From: the human T2T-CHM13v2.0 reference genome, Homo sapiens
Assembly: GCF_009914755.1 (NCBI RefSeq)
Contig: NC_060930.1
DNA length: 64,000 nt
Direction: 5' to 3' (one strand)
The translations under genes and the position numbers were made by a program. Below are positions 12,201-25,571 of the stretch, piece after piece. Position 1 is the stretch's first letter, and every line of letters starts with the position of its first letter. The notes beneath the pieces are model-generated. The model had not been told where the DNA came from and searched no databases. It saw only the letters and a program-made list of their open reading frames with translations.

Positions 12201-14636
12201 TTAAAATAATTGGGGCCATTTTGAGATTTTCCCTTTCATTTATATATTCACTTTCATTTCCTTAAGTTTACTTAACATAATTTGTCTAGAATCCCTTTTG
12301 AGTTAGGTTGAATACGTATCACAAATTAAGTTAAATAATTAAGTCATGCTCAGATTCACATCCTGGTACATTGTTGGTTTAGTTCTTCTGGTCACAAATA
12401 CTTTTAATTTGGCTGAATGGCTGAAGATTTAGTATTCATTGCTTTACCAACATGGCTGTTCTAACCAGAGAGTGCATTCTTGCTGGGTTTCTGTTTCAGA
12501 AGCAAGAATGGAGACCCATGTGGTCTGAATGTAAGTAGAAGTCATGAAGTGATTCTGACACATGGAGATGCAGAATTTTGACCTTCCTGCTTTTTGGAAA
12601 TGTGAATGACTGCTGAGAGCTGCAGGGGAGACTCAGCAGGACTGAGGAATGTTAATGAAGTCTGCCTTTTATAAGCAGTTGTTGTTATAGAAAGAAACCA
12701 CAGTTATTAATGATGAAATATTGTAGATAATTTTTTGTAATGTAAGCTGTTCTTGCTCTTACAAATATCCCTCTTACAATTCTTGGAAACAGCCACTAGT
12801 GCTAAGGAAAGCATTATGAGAAAACAAACAAACAAACAACATTTAAAAAACATTTTTAGAGCATCTGTGGTCTCATGAGAAAACTAAGTTGCTGAGAAAT
12901 GCCGGCAGAGGGGTTGCCCTTGTGGCACATTCTCAACCTACCATAACCTTAGTAGATGGTGGCATCTCCCTGGGTAAACAGATCATATGCATACCACCAA
13001 AATTTTTAAGTCAGTCTGTCACATTCTTAAAATTCCACCAATTTATCTCATTATGAAATGTAAATATATTTGGCATCTTTGTGAATCTCTTTCACTATTC
13101 ACATGGATTAATTCCATAGAGGATTCCTGCCTGGTTAATACCTAATTGAGGATGGGGAGCAGTTCTTTGGCATGTGCAGGAAACATCAGGAAAACCATGT
13201 AGCAAAACTATTAACAATGCAGTTCCAAATAAATTTTTGAAACAGTTTGTCAATTTCTTTTAAAAAAAAAAGTCTGCTGGAGTTTGATTGCAATCATATT
13301 AATTCTATAGATGAGTTTAGGGAAAATTAACATCTCAACATTGAGTCCTCTTAAGTGATGAACATGTTATATCTTTTCATTTATTTAGGTTTTCATTAAT
13401 TTCTCTCAGTAATCTTTTGTAGTTTTCAGTGTACAGGTTTGTCCCCCACTTTATTAAACTAATCACTAAATATCTCATGTTTTTGATGTTATTAATAATG
13501 AAATATTTTAAAATTTATTTTTCAGTGGTTCAATGCAAATATTTATGAGTTCAATTGATTTTTATGTTTGGTTTATTGACCTTGTATTCTAAGATTTTGC
13601 TAAATTCCCTTACTAATTTCAGCAGGTTTTTTGTAGGTTCCTTAGGATTTTGTTTATATGTGGCCATGTTGTCTGTTAGTACAGAAAATGTTACTCTTTC
13701 CTTTCCAATCGGTATGTCTTTTATTTTACTTCTTTTGTTGTTATGGCTAGGAAAGCAAGCAACGTGTTATATGGAAGTGGTAAGGCCAGATATCCTTTTA
13801 CTTGGTCCCAATTTGGGGGGAGAAAGCATTCAAGCTTTCATCATTATGTATGTTAGCTGACATTTTTAAAGTACCCTTTATCAGGGTGAGAAAACTACAT
13901 TTTATTCCTAACTTGTTCATAAATTTTTATCGTGAATGAGTATTGAATGTTGTCAGATGTCCTTTTCTGCATCTATAAAGATAATCATGGTTTTCCCCTT
14001 TACTTTGTTAATTGATTAATTACTGAGTGATTTTTAAATGCTAAACCAACCTTATAATCTAGGGATTAACTAGACTTTGTCACAATTTATTATTTTTAAA
14101 TGTTGCTGGATTTGTTACTATCAAAGACTTTTTCTCTGCATTCCTGAGGAATATTAATTTGTTGCTTGCTTTCTTATAATGTGCAGGTCTGACCTTGGTA
14201 TAAGAGAAATGCTAGCCTCAGATAAAGAGTTAGGAAGTATTATCCTTTTATTTAAAAAAATATATAGAATTTCAGTTGTTCAGTTGTTTTTTCCTTTAAT
14301 ATTAGATAAAATTCAGCAGTAAGATTATCTGTTCCTGGGATGTTCTTCGGGAAAGATTTTTAAAACGAAATTGAAAATGTTTAGTTGGTAAACACTATTC
14401 AGTTTTCTATTTTTAAATAACTTTTGTAATTTTGTGTCTTTAAAGGCATTTGTTAATTTCACATAAGCTGTCAAACTTATCAGCATAAAGTTATTCATAG
14501 TATTTATCATTCTTTAAATATATGGAAAATTAATATGTATGTCCCTTCTTTCATACCTGATCTTGGTAATTTATATATCCCCTCTCTCTGTCTCTCTGAG
14601 TTGAGCTAGATATTTGTCAACATTACTGATCTTTCA

Positions 14637-15403
14637 GACATTTATGTGGCCAACAAACATATGAAAAAAACTCAACATCACTAATCATTAGAGAAATGAA
14701 AATCAAAACCACAATGAAATATCATCTCATGCCAGTCAGAATGGTGATTATTAGAGGTCAAGTAACAACAGATGTTGTGAGGGTGTGGAGAAATAGGAAA
14801 GCTTTTACACTGTTGGTGAGAATGTAAATTAGTTCAACCATTGTGGAAGACAGTATGGAGATTCCTCAAGGATGTGGAATCAGAAATACCATTTGACCCA
14901 GCAATCCCATTACTGGGTATATACCCAAAGGAATATAAATCATTCTGCTGTAAAGACACATGCACACATATGTTTAGTGAAGCACCATTTACAATAGCAA
15001 AGTCATGGAACCAACCCAAATGTCCATCAGTGATAGACTGGAAAATGTGGTATATATACACAATGAGATACTACACAGCCATAAAAAGGAAAGAGATCAT
15101 GTCCTTTGCAGGGACACAGATGAAGCTGGAAGCCATCATTCTCAGCAAACTAACACAGAAACAGAAAACCTAACACTGCATGTTCTCACTCATAAATGGG
15201 AGTTGAACAATGAGAACACATGGATACAGGAAGAGGAACAACACACACCAGGGCCTGTTGGGGGATGGAGGGTGACGGGAGGGAACTTAGAGAATGGGTC
15301 AATAGGTGCAGCAAACCACCATGGCACACATGTACCTATGTAACAAACCTGCACATTCGGCACATGTATCCCAGAACTTAAGGTAAAAACAACAACAACA
15401 ACA
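14637..15403 (+). mobile_element. 5'-truncated L1PA (L1PA7/8-like), ORF2 C-terminus plus 3' UTR
   Basis: ORF MWKTVWRFLKD..EIPFDPAIPLLGIYPKEYK..WNQPKCPS; (CAA)n tail; TSD aacatta(c/t)tgatctttca at 14619-14636 and 15404-15421. Confidence 0.95.
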
Positions 15404-18268
15404 AACATTATTGATCTTTCAAAGTAACTAGATGTTGATTGTATTTTTATTATTCATTATTTGTTTACTTTCTATTTTACTAATTTCTGCTCTTATCCTT
15501 TTATTTATTTTTAAAAATTAAATTTGGGTTTAATTTGTTGTTCTTCTAGTTTCTTGAAGTGGAAACTTAGGTCACTGATTTTTGGATCTATCTTCTTTTC
15601 CAACATGAGCATGACAAGTATCTAAATCTATAAAATTCAAGGATTGCTTTAGGTTTCCCCCACATACTTTGATGTCTTATGTTTTCTCTCTTATTAATTT
15701 TAAAATCTTTTAATTTTCCATCTTATTTTCTTTTTCACCTACGGGTTATTTAGAACAGTGTTTCTTAACTTCTGTTGATTTATAAAGACAGTATACTTTT
15801 TCCTTTCCAATCTATATGCCTGTTAGGTATTTCCAATTTAATTCCACTATGATTAGAGAACATGCTTTATGTTATCAGACATTTTGAATTTATTGAGACT
15901 TGTTTTATGTTTCAAGACATCAGCTACTTTGGTAAATTTTCCCTGAGCACTAGAAAAGAACATGTACCATACTGTTTGGCATTCTAGAAAGGTCAATTAG
16001 GTCAAGTTGGTTAATAGTATTTTTCACAATATTCTTACTGATTTTCAGTGTTGCATTTTATCATTTTTTGAGAGAGAATGTGAAAATCTTTAATTTATTA
16101 TTAAATAATAAAACAATTTAATTTATCATTAAAGAACAATAATAAATTTATTCATTCTTTTAACTTTGTCAGTTTTGCCACATGAATTTTGAAGATCTGT
16201 AATTAGGTGAATACATATTTAGGGTTGCTATGTTTTTTGGCAGTTAACTTTTGTCATTAAGAATTTCTTTCATTATTGAACATATTCCTTGTTTTGAAGT
16301 CACTTTTGTCTGATATTAGTATAATCACTTCCCACCTTTCTTTTAATCAGTGTTTGCATGGTGTACCTTTTCCCATTCTTTTATTTTTAACTTATCTATA
16401 GCTTTATATTTAAAGTAGATTTCTTATAGACAGCATATAAGTGGATTGTATTTTATATTCAGTTTGATAAACGATGCCTTTTAATTTGAGTAGTTAAACC
16501 ACTTACATTTGATGTAATCATTAATATGTTTGGATAAATCCACCATCTTGCCAGATGTTTGTTATCTGCTTTATCTCTTCTTTTCCCTTTCCTGACTTCT
16601 TTTGACTAAGCATTTTTTGTATTTCATTTTTCCTCCAGTAACGGCTTATTAGAATATTTTTAATTGATTGGTTAATTTGTAATTGCTGTAGGGTTTATAA
16701 TATGCAACTTCAACTTTCACAGCCTGCCTTCATATTGCATTTTGATACTGCACATATAAGAATCTTACATGCTTTCTATTTATTGCTAGTGTTGTCATGT
16801 TATTCTTCTAACTCTACTTTAAAACTTTAAGTCCCTTGTTACTATTTGCTTTAAACACTCAATTATCCCTTAAAATATTTTTCAGTGAGGAAAAATATTT
16901 TATAATAATTCATATTTTAACCATTTTTAGCAACTCTTCACTCTTCATTCTTCTGTGTAAATTCAAGTTTTCATTTGATGTAATTTCTTCCATCTGAATC
17001 ATTTATTTTCTTGTAGTACAGGTCTCCTAGTGACAAATTCTCATAATTTTCGTTTGTTTAAATATGTCCTTTTTTTCACTTTAAAAGATAGTTTTGCTGG
17101 CTATAGATTTCTAGGCTAATTTTTTTCCCTGCAACTTTGAAGATTGTTCCACTGTCTTCTGGCTGACAGTGTTTCTTCTCAAATGTCACACTATTTCATT
17201 CAAGGTTTCTTAGAAGACATTATCTTTCACCCCCTGTCCTGTGCCATTTGTCTCTGGCTGCTTTTGAAGTTTTCTCTTTATTGCTGGTTTTCAGCAATTT
17301 CATTATTATATACTTTGGTCTGTTTTCTTTGTGTTTATCATGCTTGGGCTCCATTGAGCTGCTTTGATCTGTGGTTTATAATTTTCGTTGAATGTGAAAA
17401 TTTTTGATATTTCTTCAAAAGTATTTTTGCTCTCTCCTGGAAAGATTGCAACAACACAGTTTTTAGATGATTTAATACTGTCACTTTGATCACTGAAGCA
17501 ATTTTATTAGATTTTTTTAATTGTGTATGTTTTATTTCTATACCTTAAATTCACCAATAATTTTTTTTCTGTAGTGTCTAATGTGCTATGTAGTTCATCC
17601 ATGAATTTTTATTTTCTGATGTTCTATTTTTCAGCCTTACAGGATCCATTTATTTCTACTTTCTATTTCCTATTTTGCCTCATTATTTTGAGTTTTCTCT
17701 AAATCACTGAGCATTTTTCCAATAACCATTTCAAAGTTCTTATTTAATAATTGTATCATATCTGACATTCCTAGCTTCTGTTTCTATTGACTAATTTTTC
17801 TCTTGATTATGAGTCACCTTTTTGCTCTTTTATGTGTCTAGTAATTATTCACTGTAATTATTAATTGGATGTTTATCATTGTGAATTACATTGCTTAGTG
17901 TCTAGATTCAGTTATATTCCCTTAAAGAATGTTGAATTTTGTTTGGGCTGGTGTTAATACACTTTAGCATCAAAGTGATCCTTTTGAGGTTTGTTTCTAA
18001 GCATTGTTAGGGAGGGTCCAGAATAGTCTTTACATGAGGGCTAGTTTAGCCCTATTCTGAATACATGGCTTTTGGGGTCTTTACTTAGTATATGCTGTTT
18101 GGTGAGTTCTCTCAACTCTGGCTGGTAAAAATTTAAACATATCCCAGCCCTGTAAGAACTCTGAGAAATGTTCCATTTACAGCTCCCAGGTACTTTTTTG
18201 CCTTACCTCATAGATCTCTAGTGTTTACCCTTTAGCAAAATATTCAAAGGAGTCTTTAGGAAGACAAC

Positions 18269-18661
18269 TGTATTAGTCCATTCTCACACTGCTATAAAAA
18301 ACTACCTGAGACTGGATAATTTATACAGAAAAGAGGTTTAATTGACTCACAGTTCTGCAGGCTGTACAGGAAGCATGACTGGGGAGGCCTCAGGAAACTT
18401 ACAATCATGGCAGAAGGCTGAATGGGAAGCAATCATGTCTTCACGTGGTGACAGGAGAGAGAAAGCTAAGGGGGGAATTGCTACATACTTTTAAACAAAC
18501 ACAGCTTGTGAGAACTCACTCACTACCACGAGAACAGCAAGGGGGAAATCTGCCCACATGATCCAATCACCTCCCACCAAGTCCCCATCAATTCCCAACT
18601 GTAATTGGGAATTACCGTTCAACATGAGATTTAGGTGGGGACACAGAGCCAAACCATACCA
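18269..18661 (-). mobile_element. MSTA MaLR solo LTR
   Basis: tgtattagtccattctcacactgctataaa...gcctcaggaaacttacaatcatggcagaagg...ccaaaccatacca. Confidence 0.93.
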
Positions 18662-19044
18662 GTTACTGTAGCTCTTTTTCTATGTAGTCTTTTTATTTCC
18701 AGTACTCTTTCTTTTAAATACCAGCTCCATCAGCCTCCCTTTCCTGTGATCCCTATCTCTTCAACTCAGAGACTACCGTGCTAAGTTTGAGTTCCCCCAA
18801 TTTGAGCACAATATGAAAAGTTCCTTCACATAGAAAGCCAGGACCATCACAGAACTGACTTCATTACTTTCTCTTCTCTCTTGATTATGGCAGTCCTGGG
18901 AGCCTGTTGTTTGAAAACAGTAGTTTCAGTTTTGCCTTATTTTCTAATTGCTTGCAGGGGTGAGGCAACTTTTACACTGTTATTCAAGCATGCCACAAGT
19001 GGAATTCCCCATTCATCGAAGTTTTGAAAATGTTGAATCCTGTG

Positions 19045-19460
19045 AATTGATAAATAAGATACAGTATATTAATATAGTAAAATGCTATTCAGCAATGTAA
19101 AGACCAAAGTACTGACACTTGTTACAACATAGATGAACCTTAAAAACATTAAGCTAACTGTAAGAAACCAGAGGCATACAAACATAAATTGTATTACTCC
19201 ATTTATACAAAATGTCCAGAAAATAAAAATATAGAGAGACAAAAAGTAGATTAGCATTTGCTTAGAGCTGGGGGTGTGAATGGGGGATATCTATAAATAT
19301 GCAGGAAGTGTCTTCTTTAGGATAATGAAAATGTTCTAAAACTGTGATGATGATTGTACAACTCTGTAAATGTTCTAAAATTCATTGAATTGCATACTTA
19401 AGATGGATGAATTTTATGGCATATAAATTATATCTCAATTAAGTATTTTTTTAAAAAGTT
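19045..19460 (+). mobile_element. L1ME/L1MB-type 3' end
   Basis: acaacatagatgaaccttaaaaacatt...gaaaatgttctaaaactg...ggatgaattttatggcatataaattatatctcaat. Confidence 0.85.
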
Positions 19461-21240
19461 ACATCCTGTAGTTAATCATACTTTAGAAAATTAAGGAAGA
19501 ACTTGTGCCTGCATTTGGGGTAAAGCATTATGGGATGGACCAGTTGCTACCTGAATAACCCTCTTGGAAGACAACAAAATATGACTTCAAAACTTTGCAA
19601 TAGAAGTAGTATGGACATTTTAGCTGGTGGGATGAGAATAGCACCAGTATTTATTTGTAGAACATGTTAACATTGCTGGAGATTTTTGAAGGGAGAGAAT
19701 ATGGTTTGGTGTTATTGGGTCATGAAATGAAATTCCTATTGCTGATGACTGGAGTAGGCAGGAATTGAACATTATACAATTATATAAAGTTTTTAAATAT
19801 GAGAAAGAAGCAAGAGCTAGCTATAGCAAAAGCTATAGCTCTCATAGCTATAAGATACAGTTGCTCTGTTTAAGAAAAGACTCTTAGAAACCACAATTTA
19901 GCTAATTTTGGAGACCTTCTGAAGAATCTAATTTTATTAAATGAATACCAAGGTACTACTGAAATAAATCTTTTCTTTGCATACATCTCTGTTACTATTT
20001 CAAACTCTTGTTTCATATAACATCAAGAAATTACTAAACTACTCTGCATTCACAGTCAGCTTGTGGGGTTTTTTTAAAGAAAATTGAATATTTCTATTTT
20101 TTCACCACTACAAAACTGCACTGTTGGTGGTACTACGCTGTATCAGGAAATTCCCTACCATCAAAATTCACACCCACATCTTGCAATAATATTTAAAGCT
20201 TATATGCATTTTACTTAAAGGGAGTATTATCTTGAACAGTTCTTTGGATAAGAGGAATAAATGTGCTTTTTAAAAAACACAATTGAGTCTATATGGACAA
20301 GAAGGTTAAACAGTTGGAATGGGTTTTATATATTCAACCATATTGATATTTTAGAATTCAACTAAAACTGAGTTTGAATAAGGATAATTTCATGGTTTAT
20401 AGCCAAAATACACTAGAATTGAAAACAAATAATTGATTCTGTGGATAGACTTATGATGTTAGATCATCTTTTAAGAGAAAAAATTGTGGCTTAATAAGTC
20501 AAGAATGTGTTTTGTTCTCTATTTCAGTTTTTCCACTCGGTGTAACATACTGTGTCGCCTGCTGTTGTTTGCAACCTTTTTACAGTTGGCATAAGTACAT
20601 ACATTAAATGTATTCTGATTATTATGGACGCCCCACTGTGCAGCTCCCATTACAATGGTATCCGTTAAGCAGTGTTTTTACTTCCTAAGTTACCATGTTT
20701 TCGTAATGTGTGTTATTAAGTGCTACCTCTTTCCAGTACTTTGAGGCTCTATAATTACCCAAGAAGGCAACTGTATGGTGTTTGTAAATTTGCACAGAAG
20801 CGTGAACAAGAACACAGGCTGCTAGATGGCAATAACAGAATTTGTGCCTGGGGATTCTGCTGAAAATGGTAATTTCAGTTTAACATTTTTGATTTTCAGG
20901 GAACCATTTGAATCTAGACCTCTGGGTAACCGCCACCACATTCATCAGAAATAGATAGGATTGCAATACTGATAAATGCAACAATAAGAAATACAACAAA
21001 ATATTCTCAGAGCATTCTTTCCTAGAATATTCCTCTTCATGGAGCATTTTGCTGCTTAATGAACTCAGGGCACATTTATTTTTTATTTTGATTTTTTGAT
21101 TTAGTAACTTATTTTTACAACTGAAGACAATTCCCCCTCCCATCCAATGTTATTCCCCCTCCAATCCAGTTAAAAGTGTGAATAAAAAATAAAAGAGGTA
21201 GGCATTCTTGTCCTTCTCTCTTTATAAGCTCCTTCCCACT

Positions 21241-21594
21241 TAATATGGTTTGGCACCGTGTCCCTACCCAAATCTTACCTTGAATTGTCATAATCCCTAC
21301 ATGTCAAGGGCGGGACCAGGTGGAGATAATTGAATCATAGGGGCAGTTTCACCTATACTTTTCTCATGATAGTGAGTGCGTTCTCATGAGATCTGATGCT
21401 TTTATAGAGATTTCTTCCTTCACTTGATTCTCATTCTCTCTCCTGCTACCCGTGAGGAGGTGCCTTCTGCCATGATTGTAAGTTTCCTGAGTCCTCCCCA
21501 GCCATATGGAACTGAGTAAATTAAACCTCTTCTCTTTATAAATTACCCAGTCTCACTTAAGTCTTTATTAGCAGCGTGAGAACAGACTAATACA
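21241..21594 (+). mobile_element. THE1 (THE1C-like) solo LTR
   Basis: atatggtttggc...cccaaatcttaccttgaattg...gagaacagactaataca; perfect TSD CCACT. Confidence 0.95.
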
Positions 21595-22249
21595 CCACTC
21601 AAGAATATCTTTCTTGATATTCCAGCTTGTTTTGCTTACACACCATAAGCTAGTTATTCTTACTCAAATTCATTTTTGTTGAACGAAGTAAAAGATTCAA
21701 GGTTCTAGAGGCAGAAATAAAATATCTAAGGATATGGCTAGCCAAGGAGGAAAGATATTTTGGTCATGGTGAACCAAACATAGCATTATGGAGCATAGTA
21801 TATGGAGGTCAACACACAGGGTTCCAGATCACAGTAGCCAAACTCAACCTGTGCAAACCATCCTGCTAGACAAGCCAAATTTGCCCAGTGCTATTTTAAG
21901 TACACATGCATATCATCATCATAGAAATGAAGTAGCTGAAAGTTTACAAAATTACTTGAGAAACTGCATTTAAGATCAAGGAACCTTTTGAGTACTGCAA
22001 GGCCACATTTAATCCAGTGGTAAATCATGAAGCACAAAAGGGGTAAGAGTGATCAGTATGGGATGAAACAATTTTTAAAAGTTAGATGACACATACAGGG
22101 TAAATGAATTGAGAAAAAAAGTTGCAGGAACTGGAGAAGGGGAGAATTGGTAAGGCTATTTCAGGAAGTAGAAAATAAAAGCACGAAAGAATAACAATGT
22201 TGAATCATATGACAAATGTTTGCTGCTCTACTGGTTAGATGCAGACAAT

Positions 22250-22460
22250 AATAAAAATGAGTTTTATGTAGCACCTTACAATTCACAGGATACTTGTCTC
22301 ATATTGACTCATCTAACAACTTTGTGACATGAGGCCAGGAAGTGTCTTTAATTTTCAGAAAAAACTAATACTAATTAAAAAGCTTAGTGGTAAGTATACA
22401 GCAAAGAAAATATTGGAACTTCAGCTTTCTAAATCCTAATCCAATGCCTTTTACTGTTCC
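22250..22460 (-). mobile_element. MIR/MIR3 fragment
   Basis: tttatgtagcaccttacaattcaca...ctcatctaacaactttgtga...cctaatccaatgcctttt. Confidence 0.55.
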
Positions 22461-22847
22461 ATACATTAATATAATTTTTTTTTCAAAAGATAGGAGTATC
22501 TGAAATGACATTTTAGATGGCTTTAGAAGAGAAGTATCTCAGTGGCTGTTTGAGCCCTTTCAAGTATTTCCAGCATCCTCTGCTTCCATGCTGAAACTTT
22601 GCAGCTAAGGGGAGACTAGAGAGGCCAGGACGGGTGTCCAGGAGTCGGGGAAGCTGAAGAAGGACCAGTGGTATTCCTTGTCTTCAGAGCTTCAGGCTAC
22701 AATCTGGCCATTTTACCTTGAATTTTATAACACTCGATTGTAAAAAAATAACGACCTTTTCATCTAATAAGAAAGGCCTCCTTTAAGGGTATCCTCATTC
22801 CAGTTGCATATGTTCTATTGATACCATTACTAAGGAGTACAGTTTTT

Positions 22848-22965
22848 AAATATATATATGTTTATATATATATTTATATATATATTTTTAATATTTATAT
22901 ATATTAAAAATATGTTTATATTTTTAATATATATGTATATATAAATATACATATATATATATATA
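22848..22965. repeat. (TA)n-rich microsatellite
   Basis: Visible in sequence. Confidence 0.9.
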
Positions 22966-25429
22966 ATGCTTCTTATATTTAAAACCAAGAAGTGAAGAGT
23001 AGAATGCATTTTCTGTTTTCACTCTTTGCCCAGACATTAAGTTGACAATCTTATGGTTATCAGTGATATGCATCAGCTCATAAGTGACCCTTTGGTATGT
23101 GAACATGGGGAATTTTTTAATACTTGGCTCTTCAGTATGGATTTGTGTGACAGTCATGTTATCATCTCACGCCTTCCAAGATTTCAAAGGATCTGATGGC
23201 TGTAATTGCAAAGAATAAATGAGTAATCTTTAGTCTATTTCAGAAATAGAAGGCCAGATGATTCCCTTTCATAAAGGACTAAGGTTTCATCCGATGCCAA
23301 CTCTGGTAAGGCCTTAGTCATTTTTGTGGGTGAAATCTGATCAAATGCAAGCAATGTTATTTTCATTTCTGAAAATTATCTATGTCCAGTGCATCAATCA
23401 CCCAGTAGGTCCACACTCCAATAAAAAGATATGAAATGGAAGAATTGCTTCTTTCCTTTAGTTCCTCTCTTAATTCTGTCTTAAAGTGCATCTTGAATCT
23501 GAATGAGCTCCAGACAAACCTTACATACAACAGACAGGAGAATTCAAACCAATGCATTTATTATGCTCAGAAATCACAGCTGACTCCCAGCGCTGCCAAA
23601 TCCAGCAGGGTTTACACAAACTGCTCGTGGTTTTCATAAGCATTGATTGCAGCCAAAATGCTGTTTTGTGAGCTGAATTTTTATCTGATTGCCAAGTGAC
23701 CAATGTTAATTTTGCATCAATATAAGGGTTTATTAACCTTATTTTATGACTTTTGCTTACAAATTTATTTAGTTCTGCAAAAAAAATGTAACAAACATGA
23801 AAATTTCCTTCCAAGTTACTGTCAGTAAAGACAATGTTTTGTTTTGTTTCATTTCGTATTGTTTTCACAAATCCTGAGCAGTTGAACTATAATCACATAC
23901 CAAAAAACAAATAATACAAATCAATCTTCCTGGAAATTTGGGAATATGAAAAGATATTTTATATATAAAGAGAATTGTGTCCCTGAATCTTTATCTATAA
24001 AACCACTCAAGTAATTACTAGCAGCAGGAGCCTGTAAAAAAAGAAATAAAATAATGAGTTTTCCATATACCATATTGTAGAATAGATAAAAATAGAGTCT
24101 TAGGCCCAGTGGAATTTGGGATCATAAAATTCTGCATGTAGATCGGTGGAAACAATGCAGAAAGAACTTAAGCAAAGGAATGGAATTTAACTCTAACTTA
24201 GGATGCTCCCTAAGGAGCTTGTTACTCCAAGATCGATCTAAAGGGTTTCTAAAAACCATTTGAGTGTCAGTCATCTGGCTGGGATTCTACAGCAAAAATG
24301 TTTCCCTGAAATTCAGTCTGATTGATATCTATCCATATTTTTTAATGGGAAAGGGAAGATTAGGGAAAAAAATAAAATTAATGGTTTGAATGAGCCTCTC
24401 TCTTTTGAGATCTGAATCCATTTAGAGTAGAAATGGTATCCCTGTGATTGGCTTCCTTCTTATTGTCAGTCTCTGCTAAAAGAGTGAGAAGAGATGAGGA
24501 AGAAAATGGGAAGCAGAATCTCCTCTTTTGGGTTCTGGTTCTAGAAGAAAGAGCTCCCCTTGGGAAGGATGATTACAGACATTCATGCTGTCAGGATTTT
24601 TGAAATATGGAGGCCCATAAAGCAAAGATTTCAGTAGGCAATTACCAAAGACTGACTTAGAAAACAGAAGAAAAAGCATTACGCTGACTAAAAACTGAAA
24701 CCACAGACTTGTTCAAATTGCTGAGTACTTGACAAGGCAGCCACTATGCAGTATCACAAAGGCAAAGGCAAAATAAATAAGCATTTCTGTTAGTCATCAA
24801 TCAATAAATATGTATCTCATAGAGATCTGCTCAATTCCAATGGGATTTTTATTTTTATTTTTTACTAATATAATACCAATGTTGTTGCTCTGGAATTCTT
24901 AGAATTTGTGTTTCCATGTGGAAACTATCAGCACACAAGGCTATTGGGCCAGTCCCACCCACTTTTAAAATCTCAAACAGTACACTGTAAAACACTATAA
25001 GCTTTCATATCTTCCAAATTTATTATATCATCATTCTGAAGAGTACTGGTATTCTATAATACACTATGTAATCAGATATAAAGATTCAATTTTACAGGGT
25101 CATTTTATTCAAACTAATCATAGGATCTAAACTCCAGAAAACTTTATTAGTAAGTATAAATGATGCTAATATGGTATTTAATAATACTTCTTAATGAAGT
25201 AGATTTAACACCTTAGGCTTATCTAACAAATGGAAAATATGTAACAAAACTATTGTCATAATTTTGTCTCAGTGAACATAGACATATTTATAACTTTCAT
25301 ATGTTGAACAAAGAAGACCAAAAAATGTTGACAATGTAATATATCTTAATAAACACCCTGAGTTCTGGGTAAGGAGATTTTATTTATTTGACTGTGACTA
25401 CAGCTTCTAGAAAAAAATAGTTCCAATTT

Positions 25430-25555
25430 ACTTATTCATTTGTTAAATATATGTTGCATACCAATGTATCGCAAACTCTGTGCTAGTACCTAAGAATAAA
25501 AGATGAACAAGAACTATGTCATAACATTCTGCTTCTGAAGACAGCCATGTAAGTA
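25430..25555 (-). mobile_element. L2 3' end fragment
   Basis: attcatttgttaaatat...ctgtgctagtacctaagaataaaagatgaacaag. Confidence 0.6.
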
Positions 25556-25571
25556 AAGAATCATGATAAAA

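Larger units (their letters stand above)
13230..19010 (-). mobile_element. Long decayed ancient L1M (ORF2, ORF1 and probable 5' region), interrupted by L1PA and MSTA
   Basis: T-rich antisense L1 motifs: gacagcatataagtggattg, ccacttacatttgatgtaat, aaagatagttttgctggctatagatttctagg, ttccactgtcttctggct. The boundary beyond about 17900 is uncertain. Confidence 0.75.

Noticed and set aside
14841-15173. 110-aa ORF as a gene
   Set aside because: It is the C-terminus of L1 ORF2p in a 5'-truncated copy, as are the ORFs at 26867, 56274 and 56890.
19814-19852. Repeated gctatagc palindromic units
   Set aside because: Short local duplication with no regular spacer structure. Not CRISPR-like.
20826-20870. 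MAITEFV... resembling an olfactory receptor N-terminus
   Set aside because: No downstream OR motifs (LHTPMY, MAYDRYVAIC). Chance similarity.
23363-23868. Overlapping ORFs as a possible coding exon
   Set aside because: No recognisable homology and no consistent splice-site pair.
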